In this document: positions 53,352-62,608 of the stretch, one piece after another
Layout: each line of letters begins with the position of its first letter
How positions within the stretch are numbered: position 1 is the first letter of the stretch
Source of the DNA: Gammaproteobacteria bacterium
GTDB taxonomy: Bacteria; Pseudomonadota; Gammaproteobacteria; SZUA-229
Direction of reading: 5' to 3'
Length of the DNA: 64,000 bases
NCBI GenBank assembly: GCA_030148865.1
Contig: JASBSR010000034.1
Location: forward strand, 36,543-100,542
The notes under the pieces: model-generated
Database searches by the model: none
The model's input: the letters and a program-made list of their open reading frames with translations, nothing else
What the model was told of the DNA's origin: nothing
Made by a program: the position numbers and the translations under genes

Positions 53352-53695
53352 CAACCGGTCACCGTCAATAATAAGGCGCGGAATGCCCATAGACCGCTAC
53401 CGAGCAAGGTACCGATAATCAGCGCCAGCACCAGAATGCGCAACATGATGTTGTGCACATAATCCAGCACCACATCACGCATACCAATCCAGGCATGGAA
53501 TAAAATCGCGAGCACAAATAGCGCCATCGACACCGAGTTCAGTGGCTGAAACAACCAGCCACGCCAGGTATCGAAATCGACACTGTGCGCTGTCACCGCG
53601 CTATAGAGCAGATAAAGCAGGAACAGGGCAATATAGACCGCACTAACGCGTTGAATTACCCAGGGCCGTAGACCTTCCAGGACAAAGGTGCTCAT
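53351..53695 (-). CDS. sdhD: Succinate dehydrogenase membrane anchor subunit
   Basis: A 114-aa three-TM protein between sdhC and sdhA, with overlapping start and stop codons on both sides. Confidence 0.88.
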   Translation of the reverse strand: MSTFVLEGLRPWVIQRVSAVYIALFLLYLLYSAVTAHSVDFDTWRGWLFQPLNSVSMALFVLAILFHAWIGMRDVVLDYVHNIMLRILVLALIIGTLLGSGLWAFRALLLTVTG

Positions 53696-54072
53696 AACCA
53701 GAACCCGACACCGGAAACAGCAACCACGATAATCTCAGCGACAATCACCAGCCAGGCACCCAGAATCGCAGAAGGTTTTTGCACACCGATATCGGCATCT
53801 ATCAGTAAAAAACGGATGCCTGCGAACAAATGATGTGCCAGTCCCCAGATCACAGCCAGCCCCAGCAACTTTGGCCACGGCTGCTGGAGCAGTCCAATGA
53901 CACTGGTAAACGCTTCGCTCGAGGTGACAGAAAGCCCCAGTAAATAGGCCGCATAAGGAATAGCGAGAAAAAGCAGCACACCAGAAACCCGGTGCGCCAA
54001 CGACACCATGGCGGTGATCGGCTGGCGAATCTGGAACAGATTCAGATAAACTGGTCGTTGTCTGGCACGCAT
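53692..54072 (-). CDS. sdhC: Succinate dehydrogenase cytochrome b556 subunit
   Basis: The ORF is trimmed to MRARQRPVYLNLFQIRQPITAMVSLAHRVSGV (E. coli SdhC reads ...KKQRPVNLDLQTIRFPITAIASILHRVSGV). Confidence 0.88.
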   Translation of the reverse strand: MRARQRPVYLNLFQIRQPITAMVSLAHRVSGVLLFLAIPYAAYLLGLSVTSSEAFTSVIGLLQQPWPKLLGLAVIWGLAHHLFAGIRFLLIDADIGVQKPSAILGAWLVIVAEIIVVAVSGVGFWL

Positions 54073-54291
54073 AGACTTTGCCCGGTGACGGTTCTTGTTG
54101 TTTTTCTCTCTGAGCACCGCTCAGACACTAATACGACAAACTAATTCCACTCGATGTTATCATAAACCCCTGAAAATCTAACGTGAATTCAGCGACTCAA
54201 ACCCCTAAGATAGTCCACAGACAAGGAGCACTTGAATTTCACCGGCAAGCGCTTCATTAGAGCATCACTCCCACACACAGAATCTATACTT

Positions 54292-55344
54292 ATGCACCCA
54301 GACTGGCAAACTTTTCTTTCCGCGGCAGGCGCCATTTTCAACCATGGGCGCGTCGTCGACTTTAATGACAGCGACAAGGTAGCTGATCAGCTGTGCGATA
54401 TTATTTGTGACCTTTCGCATTACGCATTGCTCGCGGTACAGGGCGACGATGCGGTTACATTTCTCCAGGGCCAGCTGACCAACGATGTCACCAAAATCGA
54501 CAATCAACACAGCCAGCTCAACGCCTACTGCAATAACAAGGGGCGCATGCTGGCGAACTTTCGGGTGTTTCGTAACGATGGCACGTATTTTATCAGCGTA
54601 CCACAGGAACTCGCCGAAGCCATGCTGATAAAATTACAACAATACGTACTGCGCTCACAGGTGATGATGGGGAATGTTAGCGATGCATTGCTGCGTATTG
54701 GCATCAACGGTAAAAAATCAGAAAAGGCACTAAGCGAATATCTCGGTGCCTTGCCAATAAACACCGACGAAGTCGCACAGTTCGAAACTGCTATCGTGAT
54801 TCGTTGCGCCGGCGAACATCGCTTCGAATTATACGCCACTCCTGAAACCATGCCGACGCACTGGCAGACACTAACCGAAACTGCGACCCCAGCCGGCGCC
54901 AGTGAATGGGAGTTGCTCAACATACGCGCCGGCATTCCGGTGATCACCGCTATCACAAGCGAAGCCTTTGTCCCTCAAATGGCGAATATGGAATTAATTA
55001 ACGGCGTCAGCTTCAACAAAGGCTGTTACACCGGCCAGGAAATCGTCGCTCGTATGCATTACCTCGGCAAACTCAAAAAACGCATGTACCGCATCAGCAT
55101 TGATAGCACAATGCTGCCTTCTGCCGGCACTAAAATTTCTGAATCCAGCGCCAGGGCAACACAGGATGTCGGCACTATCGTCAGTGCACAGCTAGCGAAA
55201 AATGGAATGGTCGAAGCCCTGGCAGTGATCCAGAATAAAAACGCAAAAGAAGGCAAGCTGAAACTGGGGTCACCAGATGGTGCCGATGTGACTGTACTTG
55301 AACTACCCTACTCGCTGGAATCGGCAGAACAGGCAATTTCCTAA
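54292..55344 (+). CDS. ygfZ: Folate-binding tRNA-modification / Fe-S-cluster-related protein YgfZ
   Basis: The ORF is trimmed to MHPDWQTF. It has a GcvT-like fold with the signature FNKGCYTGQEIVARMHYLGKLKKRMY (KGCYxGQE). It is divergent from sdhC. Confidence 0.85.
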   Translation: MHPDWQTFLSAAGAIFNHGRVVDFNDSDKVADQLCDIICDLSHYALLAVQGDDAVTFLQGQLTNDVTKIDNQHSQLNAYCNNKGRMLANFRVFRNDGTYFISVPQELAEAMLIKLQQYVLRSQVMMGNVSDALLRIGINGKKSEKALSEYLGALPINTDEVAQFETAIVIRCAGEHRFELYATPETMPTHWQTLTETATPAGASEWELLNIRAGIPVITAITSEAFVPQMANMELINGVSFNKGCYTGQEIVARMHYLGKLKKRMYRISIDSTMLPSAGTKISESSARATQDVGTIVSAQLAKNGMVEALAVIQNKNAKEGKLKLGSPDGADVTVLELPYSLESAEQAIS

Positions 55345-55391
55345 AAAAGATTTACCACAGAGGACATTGAGAGCAGAATGCGCTTAGCTTA

Positions 55392-57623
55392 TTAGTCCCT
55401 GCCGTGCTGTTGTAGAAAAACAGAAAATTTGTCTGCCTGCTGTGGTCTACTGAAGTAGTATCCCTGAGCGCTATCGCACCCCAGCGCGACCAACATAGCC
55501 AAGGTCTCAGCGTTTTCAATCCCTTCTGCCACAACAAAAAGGCCTAGATTATGGGCCAAATCAATAGTCGAGCGCACAATAACCGCATCATTCTCATCTT
55601 TGGCCATGTTCAGCACAAAAGATTTATCGATTTTAATTGTATGCAGCGGCATGTTCTTCAAATAGGCGAGTGAAGAATAGCCAGTGCCAAAATCATCAAT
55701 CGCAATCGTGACTCCCTGATCACTAATTTGCTTGAGTACACGGGTAGTATTGATGAGGTCTGACATAAGAATATTTTCAGTAATCTCGACTTCCAGAGAA
55801 TTCGCAGGTATGTCTAACTTTTTCAGAGTCCCATTAATTATTTCCACAAGCTTCGTGTTCTGGAATGAGCGTGCTGATACATTGACTGCCATGTGTAGCT
55901 CATACCCCATTTCTCGCCATACTTTACTTTGCTTTAAGGCATTTTCGATAACCCAGTCGGTAATCGGCCTGATCAGACCTGTACGTTCTGCCAGCGGGAT
56001 AAACTCATCTGGCGGTATTACTCCATGCGCCGGGTGATGCCAGCGAAGCAACGCTTCGGCACCCATGACTGAGTTTGATTGTAAATCTATTTTAGGCTGG
56101 TAGTGCAGCACAAGCTGCTTACGTTGCAGGGCATGACGCAAGTCTCCTGACAGCTGAAGATTCTGCTGCGCATGAGGATCAAGTTTTGAATCATAAAACA
56201 TATACCCCTTCTCAGTATTTTTTGTGCTGTACATGGCGACATCCGCTCGGCTCATCAGGGTGGCGACATCCTCACCATGCTCTGGATAGATGGCGATACC
56301 AATACTGGCACCAAGGAAAAGTTCATTATCTTCAGCCTGATAAGAACTGACAAAGGCCTGCTGTATTGTCTTGGCTATTTTCTCTGCCGTGTAATGACCA
56401 TCTTCGACCTGGGGTAACAGAATACCGAATTCATCGCCACCAAGACGTGCCAGAGTATCGGTTTTTCGGAGCAGAGTTTGTAAGCGCTGAGCGACAGCAA
56501 CCAGTACTTCATCGCCAGCGGGGTGCCCCAGGGTGTCGTTGATTTCCTTGAAATGATCCAGATCCATTAACATCATCACAACCTGGTATTTATCACTCCG
56601 ACTGGCAGCGGCGAGTGCCTGCGCCAGCCGATCATGAAACAAAGTGCGATTGGTCAGGCAGGTCAGACTATCGGTGGTCGCCAGGGTATTTAAACGCTCG
56701 AGCGTCGCTTTTTTCTCAGTAGTGTCTTCCATGAGGCCATCTATGCGAACAACATCACCCGCAATATTTTTATAAGGATAAAACAGACGACGAAACCAGC
56801 GCTGTTCACCATTGGGCTGTATAACCCGACTTTCGACTTCTGTTGCTTCCCCCTGCATAGCGCTTTGCCAGGCCATTTCAACTCGTTGTCGATCTTCAGC
56901 AATTGTCCAGCCCAGACAGGGTATGGGCATATCGATATCCATTTCACAAATTTCATGAGCCGTGGGGCTCACGTACAAGGGCTGATTGTTAGCGACATCA
57001 ATCGACCAGAGCAGTTGTGGAATATTGGCTAACAGGCCAGTAATTTGATCACGTAAATCGACAACCTTTTCTTTCTCTCTGGCCAGTGCTGACAGATTGG
57101 CACCCCAGTATCCTTCCAGCATTAAGCCCATGTCACGAAATAAAAGTTTGGTGATTGTGCTCTCAAGAAGCTGACGATCATTGTCCGATACTTCTGTATT
57201 GTCACGTATGCAGGTTTGCAAATGATCGAGATATAACTTATATGCGCCCATGATCCAGACAGGCTCAATTCCGTGGCGATAATGAATTTCGCCGATGTGC
57301 GACATTCTCTGCGCAGAAGCATCATCGATTCGGCCCGAAATAAAACCGAACAAATGTTGCAGCTGTTTTTTAACCAGATCTTCAATCAGCCCCCCTTGCC
57401 GCTGATATTTATCCAGTACTTTGGCTGTAACAGGTGAAGCCATCAGGTAATCATAAAATATTTTTGCGAATACCTCACCACCCCGCATCAGAGTCTTGTT
57501 ATACCGCTGCAAAAGTTTTTGATCAGACGCCTGAAGGCGAAGAAAATCGTTGAATGCCTGATTGATCGTAGCAGGAGAGTATTTACGTCCTTCCTGACTA
57601 ACTTCACCCATAATCCATACCAT
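55392..57623 (-). CDS. Globin-coupled sensor protein with PAS, GGDEF and EAL domains (c-di-GMP turnover)
   Basis: The N-terminal sensor-globin motif is IGEIHYRHGIEPVWIMGAYKLY (proximal-His region; compare HemAT RIHVKIGLLPKWYMGAF). A PAS domain follows (LWSIDV...RWFRRLFYPYKN). The GGDEF motif is intact (LARLGGDEFGILL). The EAL domain is intact (GAEALLRW...EVEITE...AIDDFGTGYSSL...IKIDKSF...VVAEGIE). The start is 57623 or 57611. Confidence 0.85.
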   Translation of the reverse strand: MVWIMGEVSQEGRKYSPATINQAFNDFLRLQASDQKLLQRYNKTLMRGGEVFAKIFYDYLMASPVTAKVLDKYQRQGGLIEDLVKKQLQHLFGFISGRIDDASAQRMSHIGEIHYRHGIEPVWIMGAYKLYLDHLQTCIRDNTEVSDNDRQLLESTITKLLFRDMGLMLEGYWGANLSALAREKEKVVDLRDQITGLLANIPQLLWSIDVANNQPLYVSPTAHEICEMDIDMPIPCLGWTIAEDRQRVEMAWQSAMQGEATEVESRVIQPNGEQRWFRRLFYPYKNIAGDVVRIDGLMEDTTEKKATLERLNTLATTDSLTCLTNRTLFHDRLAQALAAASRSDKYQVVMMLMDLDHFKEINDTLGHPAGDEVLVAVAQRLQTLLRKTDTLARLGGDEFGILLPQVEDGHYTAEKIAKTIQQAFVSSYQAEDNELFLGASIGIAIYPEHGEDVATLMSRADVAMYSTKNTEKGYMFYDSKLDPHAQQNLQLSGDLRHALQRKQLVLHYQPKIDLQSNSVMGAEALLRWHHPAHGVIPPDEFIPLAERTGLIRPITDWVIENALKQSKVWREMGYELHMAVNVSARSFQNTKLVEIINGTLKKLDIPANSLEVEITENILMSDLINTTRVLKQISDQGVTIAIDDFGTGYSSLAYLKNMPLHTIKIDKSFVLNMAKDENDAVIVRSTIDLAHNLGLFVVAEGIENAETLAMLVALGCDSAQGYYFSRPQQADKFSVFLQQHGRD

Positions 57624-58892
57624 CTATACCATTGGACATGATAATTCTTTTTCCTTAGTGCAATACTGTCATAAATTTTATCAACTAAAATTCAGACTCA
57701 TAAGTGGCGACTCTTTGCTTTTTACAGGCATAAAGTTTCTTTTTCATAATACAAACTCACAATATACAAAGCATTACGGCCTGCCGTATACCGGGCTACT
57801 GAATCAACCTGCACTCAGTAAAATACGCTATTGCGACAGCCATAAAACAAGATATTTCATTAGAAATTATTAATATTCAGTCAACTGAGTATCAGATAAA
57901 TCAGCAGTTCTGTCAAATTCACCCGCAACCTCATGCCTTTATTTTGGACGGTAGAACATAAAATACAGGCGGTGAGAAATGGTTTCTAAATATACTCATA
58001 GAGGAAAAAATTGATATTTCTCATGCCGCGTTATACTGCCTCTGTCTGTATGCGAACACGGAAGCCGATTTCTGATAGAGAATGCCGCTGTTATAGGCGA
58101 CATCACAACCAGTCAGCACTGGCGCTCTCTTGATGGCGAGCAGGATGCAGCAACATGAGTCAATAGGAACAGCCCTTAAACTTAAGCTGAATACGCACAA
58201 ATCTCATTAATTTTTTGCAGTATGACAGCTTGATATTGACGGGGACATGCATTGCGTCAGCACATGCAAGTTGAAAAATCTGCTGGCGATGCAAAACATG
58301 TGATCAAACTGGATGGTGTGTAATGAAATGCCAGGCAGCTATCGTCGGGGGGGGCGTACCATTGATCTTTCCTGACTAGAATTTCATGATTTAGGTGTAT
58401 TGACAATCAACATCAACCCGAGCCGGAGATTTTAATATCGATACAAAAATATGGTTAAAAATACAACACGCATATAGAATCAGGTAAATATTATCGCCTC
58501 AATTCACCTACTCGTGATAATGAGATTAGTCGGCAGGCCTTACACTTAATATCCAGCTAACTTATTGTTATATATTATTATTTAACAACATCTTCTATAT
58601 GATAATGCTTTTTTATAAATTTTTTACGGTCATTAAAATGCCTATATCAGTATATTATTAAATAATATATATTATTGATTATATGATGGTTTTTAGTCTT
58701 ATCCAATTATATTCCAACCTGTTATTTTGTCGATTTATTTAACAGACAAGATCCTGTCTAAAGGATATAAATTTTTTCCTGATTTAATCTCAGCGGCATA
58801 AATTCTCATAACATATTGTTCTTATTCATATTTAATTGATTGGCATAGATAATGCCCTGCTATGTCAACATATATTATCGGGAGGATTAATT

Positions 58893-59510
58893 ATGAAAAA
58901 AACGGCAATTGCCACAGCCCTGCTGTTAGCTTCTGGTGCTGCCAGTGCCGCCACCGGTGAACTCTGCATGTTCGATGCGACAGGCGCTGTTTTAGATGGC
59001 GGCTGGGCAACCAGCTGTGACCAAAGTATCACAGCTTCGCTGAGCCTGTCTGCTGACGCTAGCGCAAACACTATTACCAGCTCAGAGCTTTTATTAGGTG
59101 ATCGCTGGACTGCGCATGACATCACCACGTATACAGCTGGCACGTATTCGGTTGATACCGGAGCTGGAATGTATAATTTTACAGTTGCAGAAGGTCAGGT
59201 CGGCGCTCACATGCTGCTCGACTGGGGCCTGACTTCTAACATCGACGTAGTTAATGTCTGGGATGTATCTTCATCCGGTGATATTCAAACATACACATCT
59301 ACTGACTGGGATGGTGACGGTATTCCAGGCGGTGCCATGTTAGATAGCGGTGCCCTTGTTGGCTTCAGTGCAAGCTTCAACCTGGAAGGTTCTGATCTGG
59401 CCAATGTGAATATTACACCGCCGTCTGCTGTACCAGTACCTGCGGCTGTTTGGCTGTTCGGCTCTGGCCTGCTGGGTCTAGTTGGTGTAGCACGTCGTAA
59501 AACAGTCTGA
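58893..59510 (+). CDS. Secreted protein with a C-terminal PEP-CTERM-class (VPxPA variant) sorting signal
   Basis: The ORF is trimmed to MKKTAIATALLLASGAASA (signal peptide), with GGAGGA 7 bp upstream. The C-terminus VPVPAAVWLFGSGLLGLVGVARRKTV consists of a Pro motif, a TM helix and a basic tail. Confidence 0.8.
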   Translation: MKKTAIATALLLASGAASAATGELCMFDATGAVLDGGWATSCDQSITASLSLSADASANTITSSELLLGDRWTAHDITTYTAGTYSVDTGAGMYNFTVAEGQVGAHMLLDWGLTSNIDVVNVWDVSSSGDIQTYTSTDWDGDGIPGGAMLDSGALVGFSASFNLEGSDLANVNITPPSAVPVPAAVWLFGSGLLGLVGVARRKTV

Positions 59511-59550
59511 TCTGCAACATAACACTTCATCCTGTCAGAAGTGTTTGAAT

Positions 59551-59587
59551 AAAAACGGGGTACTGATAAGCTCGGTACCCCGTTTTT
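59551..59587. terminator. Bidirectional Rho-independent terminator between the CTERM protein gene and lysS
   Basis: aaaaa-cggggtac-tgataagctcg-gtaccccg-ttttt: an 8-bp GC-rich stem flanked by A5/T5. A second small hairpin, aacacttc...gaagtgtt, lies at 59521-59545. Confidence 0.75.
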
Positions 59588-59670
59588 ATAGCTGAGGCTA
59601 GCGAGAGAAACTCAGATTTTTCAGGCCACTTAGTCCTGGCTGGCATTCAGTTAAATGCGGTCGGTGACTC

Positions 59671-61185
59671 TTATTCCACTTCTGCCCGCATGTGTGGGAA
59701 CAGAATCACATCCCTGATAGATGGAGCATCGGTGAGCAACATCACCAGACGATCAATGCCGATACCCTCGCCCGCGGTCGGTGGTAAACCAAACTCCAGC
59801 GCACGGATATAATCGGCATCGTAGTGCATGGCTTCATCATCACCAGCATCTTTTTCCGCGACCTGTTTCTGGAAGCGCTCGGCCTGATCTTCGGCGTCAT
59901 TCAACTCCGAGAAGCCATTAGCAATCTCACGGCCGCCGACGAAAAACTCGAAGCGATCGGTGACGAATGGATTGTCATCATTGCGTCGCGCCAGAGGTGA
60001 CACTTCAGTGGGATACTCGGTAATGAATGTTGGATCCATCAAACGGTGTTCAACAGTTTTCTCGAATATTTCGATCTGGACTTTGCCAAGTCCGTAACCG
60101 TCTTTGAGCTTTACACCGAGCGACTCGGCGAGTTGTCTCGCAGGTGCCAGTTCTGAAATCTGTTCGGCTTTGACATCCGGATTAAAATGCAGAATGGAAT
60201 CGAATACCGACATGCGCACAAAAGGTTTGCCAAAATCGTATATTTCACCTTGATAGGTCACCGTGCTAGTGCCCAGCACCTGCGAAGCGAGTTTGCGCAA
60301 CAGATCTTCGGTTAAATCCATCAGGTCTTTATAATCAGCATAGGCCTGATAAAACTCCAGCATAGTGAATTCCGGATTGTGACGCGTGGAGACCCCTTCG
60401 TTGCGGAAGTTGCGATTGATTTCATAGACGCGTTCGAAGCCGCCGACCACCAGACGTTTTAAATACAGCTCGGGCGCGACCCGTAAGAACATCGGCAGGC
60501 CGAGGGCATTGTGGTAAGTCTCGAAGGGACGCGCGGTGGCACCCCCGGGAATCACCTGCATCATCGGGGTCTCGACTTCCAGGTAACCGTGGCTGTCAAA
60601 GTAGTTACGAATAAACGCGATGATGCGCGTGCGTAAACGGAAAGTTTCTTTGACTTCCTGATTCATGATCAGATCAAGATAACGCTGACGATAGCGCACT
60701 TCCATATCGGACAGGCCGTGGAATTTTTCCGGCAACGGGCGCAGTGATTTGGTCAATAAACGTAGCACATCAACCTTTACCGAGAGCTCACCGGTCTGGG
60801 TTTTGAACATCACGCCTTCGGCAGCAATCAAATCACCGACATCCCATTTTTTAAAGCCGTCGTTGTAAACGCCTTCGGGCAGACTGTCGCGTTGCAAAAA
60901 TAACTGGATCTGGCCCGACATGTCCTGCAGTTTGGTGAAACTCGCCTTGCCCATGACGCGCTTTGCCATCATGCGACCGGCGACACAAACTCGCTGATTG
61001 AGGGTTTCGAGCTCCTCTTTAGGTACTTCGCCATAACGCGCGTGCAGATCAGATGCCAGCGCATCGCGTCTGAAATCATTGGGAAAAGCGTTGCCCTGCT
61101 CGCGTAAGCCGTCGAGTTTTTCCCGGCGCTGAGCGATGAGTTTGTTTTCGTCTTCGGTTGTCAGTGTTTTATTTTCGTCAGTCAT
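59671..61185 (-). CDS. lysS: Lysine--tRNA ligase (class II)
   Basis: OB-fold N-domain plus class II motifs (FLEVETPMM; [11 protein letters not shown]; [13 protein letters not shown]). Classical neighbour of prfB. Confidence 0.95.
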   Translation of the reverse strand: MTDENKTLTTEDENKLIAQRREKLDGLREQGNAFPNDFRRDALASDLHARYGEVPKEELETLNQRVCVAGRMMAKRVMGKASFTKLQDMSGQIQLFLQRDSLPEGVYNDGFKKWDVGDLIAAEGVMFKTQTGELSVKVDVLRLLTKSLRPLPEKFHGLSDMEVRYRQRYLDLIMNQEVKETFRLRTRIIAFIRNYFDSHGYLEVETPMMQVIPGGATARPFETYHNALGLPMFLRVAPELYLKRLVVGGFERVYEINRNFRNEGVSTRHNPEFTMLEFYQAYADYKDLMDLTEDLLRKLASQVLGTSTVTYQGEIYDFGKPFVRMSVFDSILHFNPDVKAEQISELAPARQLAESLGVKLKDGYGLGKVQIEIFEKTVEHRLMDPTFITEYPTEVSPLARRNDDNPFVTDRFEFFVGGREIANGFSELNDAEDQAERFQKQVAEKDAGDDEAMHYDADYIRALEFGLPPTAGEGIGIDRLVMLLTDAPSIRDVILFPHMRAEVE

Positions 61186-61216
61186 TATTTATTAACTATT
61201 ATTAAAGAAATTATTG

Positions 61217-61404
61217 CCACAGAGGGCGCAGAGGACACTGAGATGTAAAAAACCAGGAATCTTTATCCGCAAATAAACGTTAGTAAGATCTTTATCTATT
61301 TACACCATGCGCCGTAGGCGCAATCTTGAATATTCATGTTCATCAGCGTTCATTTGCGGACTATGCTTTTACAAATTGGCTCTGTGTTCTCTGTGCCCTC
61401 TTCG
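61217..61404. repeat. Copy C (full length, 188 bp) of the nested-inverted-repeat element family, between prfB and lysS
   Basis: Outer inverted repeat ccacagagggcgcagaggacac (61217-61238) against gtgttctctgtgccctcttcg (61384-61404), about 17/21 complementary. Inner inverted repeat tccgcaaataaacg (61266-61279) against gcgttcatttgcgga (61346-61360). Central hairpin gcgcc-gta-ggcgc. Confidence 0.8.
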
Positions 61405-61414
61405 ACTAAATGTT

Positions 61415-62516
61415 TTACAAACCACTCTTCAGGCTGGCTTCGATGAACTGATCGAGCTCGCCATCGAGCACCGCCTGGGTGTTGCCTGTTTCGACACCGG
61501 TGCGCAGATCTTTGATCCGCGACTGATCCAGCACATACGATCGAATCTGGCTGCCCCAGCCGATGTCAGATTTATTTTCTTCTACCACTTTTTGATCAGC
61601 ATTGCGTTTTTGCACTTCCAGTTCGTAGAGCTTGGCCTGCAACTGCTTCATCGCGGTGGCTTTGTTCTTGTGCTGCGAGCGATCGTTCTGGCACTGCACC
61701 ACAATATTGGTGGGCAGATGCGTGATCCGCACTGCCGATTCGGTTTTGTTGACGTGCTGGCCGCCAGCGCCGCTGGCGCGATAAACATCAATGCGCAAAT
61801 CCGCAGGATTGATATCGATTTCGATATCATCATCGATTTCCGGCGAGACGAACACTGCGGCGAACGACGTGTGACGACGATTGCCGGAATCAAACGGCGA
61901 CTTGCGCACCAGACGGTGGACACCAGTTTCGGTACGCAGACGGCCAAAGACATAATCGCCTTCGATACGAATGGTCGCGCCCTTGATGCCAGCGACATCG
62001 CCGTCACTGGCTTCGATCAATTCAGTCTTGAAACCGTGCGCTTCCCCCCAGCGCAGATACATGCGCAGTAACATTTCTGCCCAGTCCTGAGCTTCGGTGC
62101 CGCCGGAACCGGCCTGAATATCGAGAAAAGCGTTGCAGGCATCCATTTCGCCGGAAAACATGCGGCGGAACTCGAGCTCGGCGACATGGGCTTCCAGTGC
62201 TTCGAGATCACTGGCGATGGCTTCGATGCTGGCGACATCGCCTTCATCGGCCGCCATTTCCAGCAGACCTGCAGCGTCTTCCAGGCCGTGATCGAGCTGG
62301 TCGATGGTGAGCACTATTTTTTCGAGGCGAACCCGATCCTGACCGAGTTTTTGCGCGCGCGCGGGTTCATTCCAGACATCCGGCTGCTCCAGCTCGCGAC
62401 TGATTTCTTCTAATTCTTCTTTACGGCTGGCGTAGTCAAAGATACCCCCTGAGCGAATCTGTGCGCTGCCTGAGATCATCGATTTTGAAACTGACTGGAT
62501 TGACTTCCATCTGCAT
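61415..62516 (-). CDS. prfB: Peptide chain release factor 2, expressed through a programmed +1 ribosomal frameshift
   Basis: Frame 0 runs 62516->62439 ([26 protein letters not shown]) and ends at an in-frame TGA (62436-62438). Frame +1 runs from GAC at 62435-62437 down to 61415 ([25 protein letters not shown]...SPF...[16 protein letters not shown], carrying the SPF and GGQ motifs). Confidence 0.93.
62435..62450 (-). other. prfB +1 frameshift site: AGGGGG-TAT-CTT-TGA-C
   Basis: The minus strand reads AGG GGG TAT CTT TGA C: an internal Shine-Dalgarno-like AGGGGG, the slippery CUU, and UGA followed by C. This is the canonical autoregulatory site known from E. coli prfB. Confidence 0.9.
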
Positions 62517-62608
62517 ACTGGCCGTTTATGTGGACTGAGTAAAGGGGTCAGAATGATACCGTATGGCGCGGATGCGGGCTAGCAATACGACTGAATCACT
62601 ATGCAGAA

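Noticed and set aside
57658-57873. 71-aa ORF, the only ORF in the 1.27-kb AT-rich region
   Set aside because: It has a non-ATG start (GTG) and no upstream SD. The product is low-complexity and AT-driven (Y/F/K/N/I-rich). I treat it as chance.
57624-58892. Search for a c-di-GMP riboswitch (GEMM-I/II) upstream of the CTERM-protein gene
   Set aside because: I could not find the conserved GEMM features by eye: GNRA tetraloop plus receptor, ACGCACAGGGCAAACC-like and CGCAAAGC-like boxes. Only acgcacaaatc is present. A covariance-model scan would be needed to exclude it formally.
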